DNA of 63,076 nucleotides, the filler included, from Dugesia japonica (Eukaryota): assembly GCA_001938525.1 (NCBI GenBank). It is 6 parts of 6 records of this genome, joined end to end, with 100 filler letters (N's around TTAATTAATTAA, not from the genome) between each part and the next. Parts side by side here need not be neighbours in the genome. Positions count along the whole stretch, not along the records: positions 26,985 to 41,219 come from MQRL01634733.1; 5 more parts are not named here. The stretch is one strand, 5' to 3'. Below the pieces are notes generated by a model, which had not been told where the DNA came from, made no database searches, and saw only the letters and a list, made by a program, of their open reading frames with translations. The position numbers and the translations under genes were made by a program. Shown piece by piece: positions 26,985-38,736 of this stretch. The stretch's first letter is position 1. Every line of letters starts with the position of its first letter.

Positions 26985-27458
26985 TCATCAATATGAATAT
27001 ATCATCAGTAATCATCAATATGAATATATCATCAGTACTCATCAATATAAATATATCATCAGTAGTCATCAAAATGAATATATCATCAGTAATCATCAAT
27101 ATGAATATATCATCAGTANNNNNNNNNNNNNNNNNNNNNNNNNNNNNNNNNNNNNNNNNNNNNNNNNNNNNNNNNNNNNNNNNNNNNNNNNNNNNNNNNN
27201 NNNNNNNNNNNNNNNNNNNNNNNNNNNNNNNNNNNNNNNNNNNNNNNNTCAGTAATCATCAATATGAATAAGATCATCAGTAGTCATCAATATGAATATA
27301 TCATCAGCAGTGATCAATATGAATATATCATCAGTAATCATCAATATGAATAAGATCATCAGTAGTCATCAATATGAATATATCATCAGCAGTGATCAAT
27401 ATGAATATATTATCAGTAGTCATCAATATGAATAAGATCATCAGTAGTCATCAATATG
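26985..27458. repeat. 27-bp minisatellite (ATCAATATGAATATATCATCAGTA(A/G)TC)n
   Basis: Tandem copies on both sides of an internal gap; these account for the INMNISSVI pseudo-ORF. Confidence 0.92.
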
Positions 27459-27467
27459 TACTTATTC

Positions 27468-30078
27468 AAAAAAAAATAAATCTTTATTTATCATAACACA
27501 CTGGATCACTAGTCCATGAAACAAGTCCAATTAGGTACAGATGAATCCGTAACCTTGATTTTTCTTTTAAACTTATAACTTTTTCTTAGAGAAGCGGAGT
27601 TTTAATCAAACTCAGCTCAGACATCAATGCAGAGGAATACCATCAATTGTGTTGAATCTTGCCTTATTAATCATATGGTCCCGGAAAATCCGATTGCTAG
27701 TCTTGATGACCTTTTCTATCAAAGCCTGAGCTATTTATTTAATTTCTCTATTGTTAAGTCCAATGGCCTTGAGAGCTCTCTGATTTGCAGGATCATACGA
27801 TCCTTGGGTACCAAGGACAATAGCATTGAGTGTAACTTCTTTGTGGTACTTGGCTCCAAGATCTTTCCGAACCTGTTCATATTTTATTTTATTGTCAGCT
27901 CGAGCTTTCTTGAAACCTTCGAGAGAGTCATGGGGAACTTTGACGTCCAGAATGTGGATCCTGTTATTCCTATTGCATGTAATAACCAGATCAGGTCTCA
28001 GTTTGGCATCGAGACCTTGCAATGAGCAGTCATACTGTACGTCAAAGCCCCATTTTCGGAAGATCGCAGCTGTCCTTTCCATAATTCTATTGTGCTTGTT
28101 GTATTTCTGGTGGTTCATAGCTGGACAATGGTTGAAGATGTGCGTTTGTGTCTCAGCATGAGAACCGCACTGTTTACAGTGAGTAGGCATATTCATTTTG
28201 ATCCGGAAAGGATTGTAGTTTGTACGGAGAAGGTTGTTTCTAGCACGAACAATAAATAGGAAATCCCTCTCTGTGACATTGACTTTTTTCATGAATTTGC
28301 TGCTGTAATCCGAGGCAGCAATTGAATTGGCTATGAAGATTTGCGTGGAAAGTTTGCACCAGTTTTGAAAATAAGTAAATCCAATTTCTTTGTGTAGGGC
28401 TTTGCAAATCTTTGATTTGGATTCGTTGTTGAAGATTTTGCTAGTTTCTTTGTTATATTCAGCCAGGCCAGAAAGACGTAAGGATATTTGATTTTCGTCT
28501 CTATAGAATGTGATTTTCAGATTATGGGCTTCCTTTAGTCGATTGATAGCCAATCTGACCCTAGTCCACCAGGAGGCGACGACATCAGCTTTATCCTGTG
28601 GTGGGATAGTGTGGTTGATCCAGTCTAGACATTTATCTAGAGAGAAATTGGCCTCCTTCCTAAAGCGATGTTTGCCTGTTAGCTCCAATTCACGAGTGGC
28701 AAATTCTCTGAAAACCTCGGTGTCTGAATTCAGTGTTCGCAAAGCATGGACAATGATTTTGATGTAGTACTCATCTATAGAGGGCGTCAAACCGAGTCCG
28801 CCAAGATTAGAAGGTACATACAGAAAGGCATTGGTTTGGCTGGTGTTAGGTGCCTCAATGATTTCCTTAATGATTTTCTTAATAACTTGGTCATAACCAG
28901 GTTGGCCAGTGGAACCATCGACAGGTTTATGATGAGGGTTGTTGAGCTTCATACATAGGATGTTCCGGTTTCTCATTGAGTATATCAGTCTCGAATGTAT
29001 GAACATTTTGTATGCTTGAATTTTCTGAGTAGGGTGGAGATCAGATTGTGCCACTTTGGTGTAATTGTCAATGGCCTTGGATATGATTTTCTCAAAGTTG
29101 CATTTTTTCTTCTCACCAAAGGGTACACCCAAATAATTGTAGAGATTTTCTTCGTCAATGATTGGAAGTTTCTCTCCATATATTTGTAATTCATTGGAAA
29201 TGAATTGCTGGTTGATAGTGAAATATCCACATTTACTGGGCCTGAACTTGAGTTGATAAATTTCGCAGAGGCCAACTATATGGTTAATCATGGCGGCACT
29301 CTTCCTTTGATTATTTGTCATTAGTACCAGATCATTTGCATATGCAAGGATAGCTTTTTTGAATCCAGAGTTTATAAACGGGAATTTCAATGCAGTATCN
29401 TTGATCATAAAATCAATAGTGAGGCTGAAAAGTGTCATTGACATAGGACACACTTGTTTTACACCTTTATGAATGGCGATATCACTAGTGTTGATGTCGA
29501 GGCAGCTGTAGCTGGTATAGACATCAGTGTAGAGATCCCTGGGAAGATGGAGAGTATCTTTGTGAAGACCCATTCTCTTGAGAGTATTCCATATAAGTTC
29601 ATGCGGTAGACTTACAAAGGCATCTGCTAGATCAAGCCAGGTTAGGTTAAGGTTAGTTTTCTCTCCCTCCGTTTTCTCTTTAATTATTTGAATAGTGGCA
29701 TTGTGTTGTGAGCAGCCATCGGAGACATTTACAGCATTCTGTGTAATAGAGAGAAGGGATCCGTTCTTAATCCATTGGAGGAGATGGTAGTTAATAATAA
29801 TTACAAATATTCTCTAGGAGGTGTCAAGAACAGCAATTGGCCTCCATGAGGAAACAAGGTGAGAATGCTCTTCCTTACCTGGTTTAAGAATAAGGGTTGT
29901 GTGAAATCTCTTCCATTGGTTAGGAATATCTTTTTGGTTAAGAACTTTGTTATATAGTTCTTTAAGAAAACAATGACTATTGTCTAGTTTGATCCAGTCT
30001 GAATAGCTAATTTTGTCAAGGCCTGGTAAGGATTTGTTAGCACAGCCAAAAGCATATTCAATTTCTTGGAAGCAATCC
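27468..30078 (-). mobile_element. 5'-truncated non-LTR retrotransposon with restriction-like endonuclease (R2 group, probably NeSL/R5-like)
   Basis: RT motifs KSLPGLDKI, WRPIAV, WLDLADAF, GVKQVCPMS, YANDLVL and YLGVP; CCHC finger CKQCGSHAETQTHIFNHC; KHN; RLE motifs LRPDL and ILDVKVP. One stop at ~29815; a frameshift at ~27738 restores the C-terminus to TGA at 27624-27626; AATAAA near 27485. Confidence 0.93.
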
Positions 30079-30241
30079 TAAAATAAATATAATTTACAAT
30101 AATTAAATTAAATAATTAAATATAAAATAAGAATTAAAATTNNNNNNNNNNNNNNNNNNNNNNNNNNNNNNNNNNNNNNNNNNNNNNNNNNNNNNNNNNN
30201 NNNNNNNNNNNNNNNNNNNNNNNNNNNNNNNNNNNNNNNNN

Positions 30242-30312
30242 ATATCGATTTGTTATCTAATATCAATAATTAAAACCTAAATTTTGATCTAAGCTTTTAT
30301 ATTAAATGAATT
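30242..30312 (+). repeat. Partial Penelope-like pLTR copy (hammerhead core falls in the gap)
   Basis: ATATCGATTTG...TTTGATCTAAGCTTTTATATTAAATGAAT matches 4665-4734. Confidence 0.7.
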
Positions 30313-30344
30313 ATAATTATTATTATTATAAGGAAATAATTTCA

Positions 30345-30612
30345 ACCAAAAGAAATTAAGATAAATTTTTTTTATGAAATTATTGATTTCTGCTTGTAAT
30401 TTTTTTATTGTTTTAATTTGATAATAAAAATCTGTGTTTAATTAATTGTTGAGATTTGCAAAATAAATTATCGTTAGAGGATGTAACTAACATGGTGGCA
30501 GTGGTAAATACCAATTATATTATAGATAGATTATTACCAAATGTGTTCTGCAGAGGAACTAATATTGAAAAATTCATAAAGCTTTGTGAATTGTATTTTG
30601 AAGCTAAAAACA
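30345..30612 (+). mobile_element. Gypsy LTR end, tRNA-Leu-like PBS and gag N-terminus
   Basis: ...CTAACA|TGGTGGCAGTGGT (30493-30505) is complementary to a eukaryotic tRNA-Leu 3' end. Reads MVAVVNTNYIIDRLLPNVFCRGTNIEKFIKLCELYF, homologous to the gag starts at 43824(+), 42545(-) and ~11790(+). Confidence 0.8.
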
Positions 30613-32070
30613 TTGCACGAATTTTGTCTATGGAAATTCGCTCTGCTTGTACTTGTCACATTACTTCAAAAACTTTACTATCTTCATTTTTCCAAGTTAC
30701 CAGATATAGACTTGATAAATTGTCTTCAGTGGTCTTCTTAATTTGTGTTTGATCCATCCAAATTTGAATTGATCAATTCCTTGTAGCATGAATGTTTTCT
30801 TGACTCTATACAATCTGAGGCAACTGTTTCGTAATTCTTTTGGAACCATTTTTTGTCCATCAGAGCATAATGGTAGAACAATACCATTTGGTAAACAGAT
30901 AGTACCATCAAAAACTGTTTGGCGAGGTGATAACTTTAAATCTTTCCCAGCCGCGTTACGGATTCTTAAAATTGTGTATAGAAAATTTTCTAAAATATTG
31001 CGTTTAGCATTAGTTCCTCGAGTTTGTAAAGCATATTTTAGAGAACTGTTAAATCTTTCTATTTTTCCATTGCACTGTTAGGTATGCCATGAGGTATTCC
31101 ATGGTGTGGTATGCATATGTTCAATTCCAAAGGATTCGCAGAAATCGTTAAATCTTTCAGATATAAATTGTCTACCATTGTGACTAACTATAATTTCTGG
31201 TATTTCAAAGTGAAATATACATTCTTTAGTTAAGGCTTTTATAATGTTTTCAGATGTAATTCGTTTCAGAGCTACTACTTCTGTTCATGAAGTATCATGA
31301 TCAATCATTGTTAGTATAAACCTTTTGTTGTTATTGACTTGTTAAGAACCAACCAAATCTATGTGCAATGCTTTGGATTTTCCTCGATTCGGAATCGATC
31401 CTAACGGTGCTTTTGTGTACTGAGTAATTTTGTTGGCTTAATATATTTGACAAAAGCTGCACCATTTACGAATTTGGGATTTTATACCTGGTCAAAGATA
31501 AGTCAAACTGTAAGTTTCTTTGTTGTGATTCTAAATGTTTCTTCATGAATCAGTAACCATTGAATAGCTCAGTTTTTAGTTGAACATGCGATGAAATCAT
31601 GTATTGGTAACATTGTTTGGAATTATCCATTGATAAAAGACCATTTTTCCCATAAATCTTCTTAACGCTTTGAATGTTTTTGGAACAGACATATTACTGA
31701 TGGCTTCAATCTTAGATTGTTTTGGCTTTATACATTTTGAAGAGATTGTAAAACCAAGAAATTCTACCACGGACTTGTTGAACTGACATTTTTTGGTTTT
31801 AATCTGCAGCTTATTCTTACGTAATACTTCCTTTATGATGCTCGTCGAGTGAACTAAAATATCAAAAATATATACCGAAATAAAAGCACGGCAGTCTAGC
31901 AAACATTTATCCATGTGTCGTTGGAATTTTTGTGAAGCATTTTTCAGTCTTAATGGCATGCTTTTATTTTCCAATAATCCAAATAGAGTTATAATAGCCG
32001 TTTTATGACTGTCCTCCTCATTGATTGGGATTGGCTGATAAGCTTTCTTAAGATCTAAAGTAAATAATTA
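30613..32070 (-). mobile_element. Gypsy pol fragment (RT, integrase) of a second family
   Basis: DLRKAY..IPINEEDSHKTAIITLFGL, LKNASQKFQRHMD, CQFNKSVVEFLGF; integrase HIDLVG and SHNGRQFIS. Confidence 0.85.
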
Positions 32071-32099
32071 TTTCGTTGTAGTAATAATAATTTAAAATA

Positions 32100-32302
32100 A
32101 AAGATTCAATCAAAATTTTCAAAAAAAAATTTGATAACAATTCGATATTTCGACCTTGTCTTTGTCAGGTCGAAATATTGAGTTGTTATAAAATATCAAT
32201 AAAAAAATACAAAAATTTTGATCGAAGCTTTTATTTTAAATGAATTCTGTAAAACGATCAATGGTTATGTTCAACAATTATTCTCATAATAATTGCAATT
32301 GT
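32100..32302. mobile_element. Penelope-like pLTR with head-to-head inverted junction inside the hammerhead
   Basis: Minus strand 32138-32169 reads C-CTGACAA-A-GAC-AAG-GTC-GAAA-TATC-GAATTG. It is fused to plus-strand GGTCGAAATATTGAGTTG..., which continues into the pLTR. Confidence 0.75.
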
Positions 32303-32933
32303 AAAAGAATTATTATTATTATTATTATTATTACAAGGAAATAATTATTAATTAATAATTTTGGCCAATAGAAAGCGATTTAATTGTATATTAATATTTT
32401 AATGGTTCCATTATCATATGATAATATAAGTGAGATAGCTGTGTGAATGGAAATAAATGATGTCTAAAAATAGTTGGGATTTTGAAAATATATTATCAAT
32501 TGAAGATTTAATTATTATTANNNNNNNNNNNNNNNNNNNNNNNNNNNNNNNNNNNNNNNNNNNNNNNNNNNNNNNNNNNNNNNNNNNNNNNNNNNNNNNN
32601 NNNNNNNNNNNNNNNNNNNNNNNNNNNNNNNNNNNNNNNNNNNNNNNNNNNNNNNNNNNNNNNNNNNNNNNNNNNNNNNNNNNNNNNNNNNNNNNNNNNN
32701 NNNNNNNNNNNNNNNNNNNNNNNNNNNNNNNNNNNNNNNNNNNNNNNNNNNNNNNNNNNNNNNNNNNNNNNNNNNNNNNNNNCATCAAATAATCAATAAA
32801 AATTCAGCAATTTATATGATTAATCTGTTATTGGTCAGTATTCAAGTTTAATACACGCACAAATGTTTTTTCTCATTTTATTAATGCGAGTAGTAAAGTG
32901 AACACAATTTTAGAAATTTACGTTGGACTGATT

Positions 32934-33114
32934 ATGGCTATTATAATTTTCTATATTTTATTTCTATTTTGTGCACTTAATGGGTTTTTATCTAAAGATA
33001 GCTGTGAATTGTCATTAGAATCTCTGAATGGTATTAATAAATCAGTAATATTTCTCAAAAATTATTATTCTGAAATTGATTTGGATGGATTATATGGATT
33101 TCAATTGCTGGAAA
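32934..33114 (+). CDS. C16orf89: UPF0764/C16orf89-like secreted protein, exon 1
   Basis: Signal peptide MAIIIFYILFLFCALNG, then LNGINKSVIFLKNYYSEIDLDGLYGFQLLE (cf. family L.AL..A..FL....EINLDG..G). Phase-1 GT donor at 33115. Confidence 0.75.
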
Positions 33115-33599
33115 GTAGTTCATTTATTTTAAATTTCAAATGAATAGTCATTTCGCATTTAAAAAAAATTTTAAGAAATTAATAACATTTTATTTAACTC
33201 TATTAAGATGCAGTAGTTGTTACAATGATTGCGATTTAACAATCTACAGTTTTCATGAAATGAAAATTTATAATTCTTTTATTAAATAAAATGAGTGAAA
33301 TAATAGTTTTCGGAATTTAAAGTGTACTTAATGCAAACATTCTTGATCAATAATAATAATAATAATGCAATATTAATTATAAATGATTAAAATGACTATT
33401 AAAATGAATATGATAACTTTCTGATCGATTCTAATGGACAATAGATCTTTGCTACAAAATTGTTAATCTTTTATCGAAATTTTATTGGTTTATTTAAAGC
33501 ATAATTTTTTTTAGTAAATTAAATTAAATCTCAAAAATTNATTTTTTATTAATATTATAATATTAATACTCTCATTTTTCACTAATTCTTTCAAAATTA

Positions 33600-34260
33600 T
33601 TTTAATTATTGGCAGTCTTTGAAAATTTTTTTTATTTATTGAAATCTTTTAATTATTTGTAATTCTCGAAAATCTTTAAAATTATTTNCAATTATTTATT
33701 TTTTAAAAATATTTAAGATTATTTATTTTAAAATTATTTAAAATTATTTATTTTCAAAAATATTTAAGATTATTTATTCTAAAATTATTAAATATTATTT
33801 ATTTTAATATTATTTAAAATTATTTATTTTAAAAATCATTTATTTTAAAATTATTTAAAATTATTTATTTTAAAAATCATTTATTTTAAAATTATTTAAA
33901 ATTATTTATTTTAAAAATCATTTATTTTAAAATTATTTATTTTAAAAATCATTTATTTTAAAATTATTTATTTTAAAAATTATTTATTTTAAAATTCATT
34001 TATTTTAAAATTATTTAAAATTATTTATTTTTTAAAATGATTTAAAATTCTCAACCATTGCAGCTATTGAAAAACTTTCAAATTATTTAAAATAATTAAT
34101 TCCAAAATTATCTGAAATTTTTTCCAACTATCGGAATTACTGAAAATCCTTGGTAATTTTAATTATTGAAAAAAATTACTGAAAAAATTCTAATTTTTGT
34201 AATTAGTGAAAATTTTTCTGAAAATTTTAATAATTGAAAAAATATTTTAATTATTGTTAA
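33600..34260. repeat. AT-only low-complexity tandem repeat (TTATTTATTTTAAAA-like)
   Basis: Repeated ATTATTTAAAATTATTTATTTTAAAA units. Confidence 0.8.
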
Positions 34261-34289
34261 TAATTATTATTGTTATAATAATTATTGTT

Positions 34290-34960
34290 ATTAATCACGT
34301 TTATCCTAGGTTTCTCCCCTTTAATTAATATTTGTTCATGTTTCTTTCTGTGAAGTGTAGAAATGTAGCCTGTTCCTAATGTTTTCCATGNNNNNNNNNN
34401 NNNNNNNNNNNNNNNNNNNNNNNNNNNNNNNNNNNNNNNNNNNNNNNNNNNNNNNNNNNNNNNNNNNNNNNNNNNNNNNNNNNNNNNNNNNNNNNNNNNN
34501 NNNNNNNNNNNNNNNNNNNNNNNNNNNNNNNNNNNNNNNNNNNNTGTAAGTGACATTTTTCTTATTGCATATATTTCTACCATCACAAATGATTCATTTG
34601 GGACCACAAAAAGTCTGTCTTGATTTCTGTAATTGGATACCCAAAGGTGCTTGCGTTTTAAATATAATTCTTGGATTGTGTTTTAGTTTCGACTTTTTNA
34701 TTATATTTTGCATGATTTGGCTACATTTCAACTTGGTAGTTCGTTTCTTTGTTTATATCACATGATCTTCTTAGTATAGATACCTCAAAGCCGCAAGAAT
34801 TTGTCAGTATCTCTTGCACTATTTATATTTACCATAGGTTCTTGTCGGTCTTGACGGTAACCAGTCTTTAAAATCTGAGTTCTTGTGGCTAAAGATTTGT
34901 AATTGCTCTTCGCTTTATGAGTAAATTGACAATATGTTATTACTTCGCTTTCTAATGATA
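34290..34960 (-). mobile_element. Probable Gypsy integrase remnant
   Basis: Minus strand gives IKTDFCGP (~34600-34625) and WLPSRPTRTY (~34835-34865). Short motifs only. Confidence 0.3.
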
Positions 34961-34999
34961 ACCTTTGAACACTGAATATTTATTTTTATTTCAATCACC

Positions 35000-37900
35000 G
35001 TTCATGCAAATATATCATCAATCGTGATAATCTCGCACTTCCTTCTTTAGCTGCTTTTTTTTCGTTCGAGAAGTTTGGCATAGTGTATACACGTTCGATA
35101 CGAGTGCATTCTCTCGATCTGCGTATGCTAAGATGATGTCAGTCATCATACCACTGGTTTGATCCAGGGCTATAAATTGTTTTCATAATCTTTTTTCTCG
35201 CATAACTGCGAATTTACCTGCATCCGTTAGTTTATCTCAGCTTTCAATTTTTTTGATATCAGAATTCATTTTCCATTGCTTCGCAAAGGCTGACATCGTT
35301 ACAGTAACTTTTGTATGGTCGGTCGCTGCAATTAGTTATAGTCAAAACCAATTATCGTAAAGATTATTATAATATAAAATGATTTATCATTCCTTAACAC
35401 TTAGGCGAGTTATATGTATCTTTAAGAAATATGAAAGTGAACTTTTGATCATAATCTGCAGTAATAAATTGAACGTGCGAAAATGAAATGAAAACATCCT
35501 TAAAATTCTTTGCCACTGTATGCCATTTCTGGCGAAGTAAAATCTTGCCATCAGAGAACACAACAAATCAATCAATAAAGATGAAGGATACTCTAGAAAT
35601 ACTTTGGAATTGAGTGGCTACATTGTAAGTATAATCCAGTTCTTTGGAAGTACATAATCAAACTGAAGCTATCAAAGAAAACAGTGTTCTCTTACTAGTC
35701 GCCACTAATTCAAAATGAGCTTATTGCTTGCATGGGAGAAAGTGCTAGGGAATCAATCATCAAAGACATCCACAATGCAAATTATTTTGCAATTATGTTT
35801 AACAGTACATTGAGACTCTCTAACGTTGACCAGATTTCTGAAATCAATTGTTATGTATCAATTAATAATGACAATGTTTCCATCAAGGAGGCATTCATTG
35901 ACTTTATTCCGGCTGAGAAGAATACGGGCTTCTATATAGACAATTGCCATGTCCAACATTTGGCTAATGCTGCTAAAATGACTGGAGTGCGTACTGGTGT
36001 CCAGCGTTGAATACAGTAGATTATTAAACATGCTTACTTTATCCCATGCAATATAGACAGTTTAGAGTTGTCTGGTATCCACGCCGCTGCTCTTTCGGCA
36101 AATACCACTACCTTCTTCGTGACGGTTGAAAGAATATTTGCATTCTTTTCAGCATCAACTCACATATGGGACATCTTAATGAATGTTCTAGGAAACGTTC
36201 CCCTCGGACAAATTCCCCGGACAATATCCCATCGGACGAAATAATTACAATTTTGAAGAAAGTAAAATATTATAAATATTATAAATTAAATAGAACTTTC
36301 TAAAAATTGAAAAATTAAAATGCAATTTTACTGAAAAAGTTGTTTGTTTATTTTAGTATTAAATTATATTTTTTTATAAAAGAAAAAAAGCATACAAAAA
36401 TCTATTTAAAACCCTAAATCATGAGCAATGCCACGTAAATGGTTCAATTTGTTACGAAGATTCAATTTGTTTCGAAGATTCGAGCCTTTAGATATGAATA
36501 AGTCTTTCTTTCAGGTTGAGTTGCGTGGCCAGCAAGAGCTTGTGCCAAGGGTACTTGCTGCAGGGCTTGTTCACGTTTGATGCAGTCGAGGAAACTCCCA
36601 AAATTAGGATGATTACAACCAAACATTTGATTGGAAACATCTGTGTCATCCTTCAACAGAGTTGTTTGTTCTCGGAAGTTCATATTGTGATCGTTGGTAC
36701 ATATTCCAAATATCACTTTCAACGATTGGTGGGTGAAATCGTTGTTTTAGACCGTGTTCCTGGGTCTTTCTATAGATATTTTTGCTGAAGTGGAATAAGC
36801 ATCCGTTGTTATTTTGTATTCATATGGTAAGATAAAATCTTCAGCAGATAACGGAACTGGAATTCTCTTGTTATAGTTGAAACTGATTGCGTGATGATTT
36901 GTTGAGGAGTTTCTTTTGTTTCTTCAGCCCATGTCTTCATTTTTTGCATTACTGTGAGAATTTCTCTTCTTGTTGGATCGTGTTTATGTGTATTGAAAAG
37001 AAAAAAATATATAATTTTCCTCAAAATTATAATTATTTTGTCCGTGGTAAATTGTCCTAGACTCATTATGCTTATTAAAATTTGCTTATACAATTTTTTT
37101 CGGTTTTAATATCATAAATAATTATTTTAAAAAACTAGAACTTGCAATTGAAAAGAAAAAAATATTTTACTTTCCTCAAAATTTTAATTATTTTGTCCGG
37201 GGTGATATTGTCCTGATACCCTTATGAAGGATATATTAAAGACTTTGAAACGTGTTTCAGGTACGTGATGAAGTGCGAGGTTTGATTTTATTTGTGCCTT
37301 TCACAATAACCTAGAAGAAATTATGCTGACCTTAGAAGACCTTCAGGATGGCGTATCTGAGACCTTTAAAACTTAATCATATGCCAACTAACTTCTGAAA
37401 AGCAATTTGTCATTCACATTCGTAACCTATCTGCAATTCTAGAATCCAATACTAAAAGAGACTGACTATGAACAACGGTACCTCCAAACACCTAGACTTG
37501 GCACTGATGAATGTGCTGCTAAGATGAATTCACTACTATTATTTCTTGGCATAGAGACACAAACTGATATCAATAACCGCATAATCTGTACTAAAATGGA
37601 CATCAGCGTTGGAAATATTACATTAGATAGTATAGTGGACGCTCATCAAAATCCTGCTGAACTTCAACATTCTGTTTCGGTACTTCGTACTATGTGGCAA
37701 GCTACAATGAGTCACCTCAAATTATGCAACCTGGCTATTCCTTCTATTGACAGGGAAAAATTCCTGCATTACTTTGAAGCAAAGAAGATCAGGGAAATGT
37801 GGCATATATGCATGTGTGTGTTTAAACGCCTTTAGCCTTTATGTAACTATGGAATAAATTATACAATATTTTTTTGTTATTTGTCATTGATATTACTTAG

Positions 37901-38080
37901 TAAAAAGTAAAGTTTACTAATCTTCATTTTTAACAAACTTAAGGAGTGCCACATTCCAACTACGTCACTTATAAGATGAGAGAGTTCACACCTATTATTG
38001 TTTACACAAATGAAGTTTAAATGTTATTAACGTATGGACAATATTCCGTTGTTCTGGTGCACACTTTGTCACCTACTTAT
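35000..38080 (+). mobile_element. Decayed hAT (Tip100/ZMYM1-like) transposon, interrupted by a MULE
   Basis: SPLIQNELI...YFAIMFNST...VDQ, YFIPC...SLEL, FFSAST..WDIL, then after the insertion LKRVSGT**SARF (cf. LK.LS.TRW.AR). Confidence 0.82.
36184..37220 (-). mobile_element. Internally deleted Mutator/MULE-like element nested in the hAT
   Basis: Long imperfect TIRs with CGGACAA repeats (36184-36270 vs 37160-37220, extra copy at 37010-37064). Target duplication CTTAATGAA / CTTATGAA. ORF remnants HKHDP...ETPQQII and HPNFGSFLDCIKREQ. Confidence 0.78.
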
Positions 38081-38209
38081 TATTACGGTTTCTTGTATAT
38101 AACCCTACATTTTATCATCTCTTTCTGTTGATTATCATTAATGATTAAGTTTACTACTCTTTGTTTGTAAAATTATTAGCTTGTATTATTTTAACTTTAC
38201 TTTATTAAG

Positions 38210-38522
38210 ATTATTTGAAAACAATAACAAGATTTGAAGTTGAAAAGACATGTCAAGAAAAAGGAGATGATATTTATGCGAAAATTGAAAATCAAGCGAA
38301 GGTTCTGTCAGAAATAATAAAAATGTCTAAAATTGAAGTAAAGAAGGCAGATCCAAAATATTATAAAAATATTGTAAACGTTACGAAGTCCTTCATCAAA
38401 TTAAATACCCAATATAAATTTCTACGAGGTATTGAAAAAATCAAAAAGATTCGAAACCAAAATAGTGATAATGATTATAATGAAGAATTAGGCGATTCCT
38501 GTTTAAAAGAAATTACTGACAA
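38210..38522 (+). CDS. C16orf89: UPF0764/C16orf89-like protein, exon 2
   Basis: AG acceptor at 38208-38209, in phase with exon 1. KKADPKYY and YNEELGDSCLKEI match family motifs (DPKY; E..SD.CL..L). Phase-2 GT donor at 38523. Confidence 0.78.
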
Positions 38523-38736
38523 GTACTTGCGAATTTCATTATTTATTATTAATTTATTATATATTATTATCAAATGAAATGGAATTAAATTGTATTTATT
38601 TAACAAAAGAGGTATTTTAAAAGTTATGCAGAAGTATAAATCAAATTGAGAAAAACAACAATAATGATTTAAATACTATAGCCCTACTATGACCTTCATT
38701 AATTTAGCAAAACTGATTTCATTAAAATCATTGTGA

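Noticed and set aside
26210-27458. CRISPR-like array
   Set aside because: Eukaryotic context, no unique regularly sized spacers and no cas genes.
27627-29275. Overlapping short ORFs within the non-LTR element
   Set aside because: Antisense or alternative-frame shadows of the RT/RLE ORF.
30060-30100. Perfect-looking splice acceptor (tttattttag) at the 5' edge of the RT ORF, suggesting domestication
   Set aside because: Such motifs are common in AT-rich DNA, and the ORF has a stop, a frameshift and mutated catalytic residues.
32430-32520. Short similarity (GATAGCTGTG) to C16orf89-like exon 1 as a duplicated exon
   Set aside because: Only a 10-nt match, and no frame reproduces the protein motifs.
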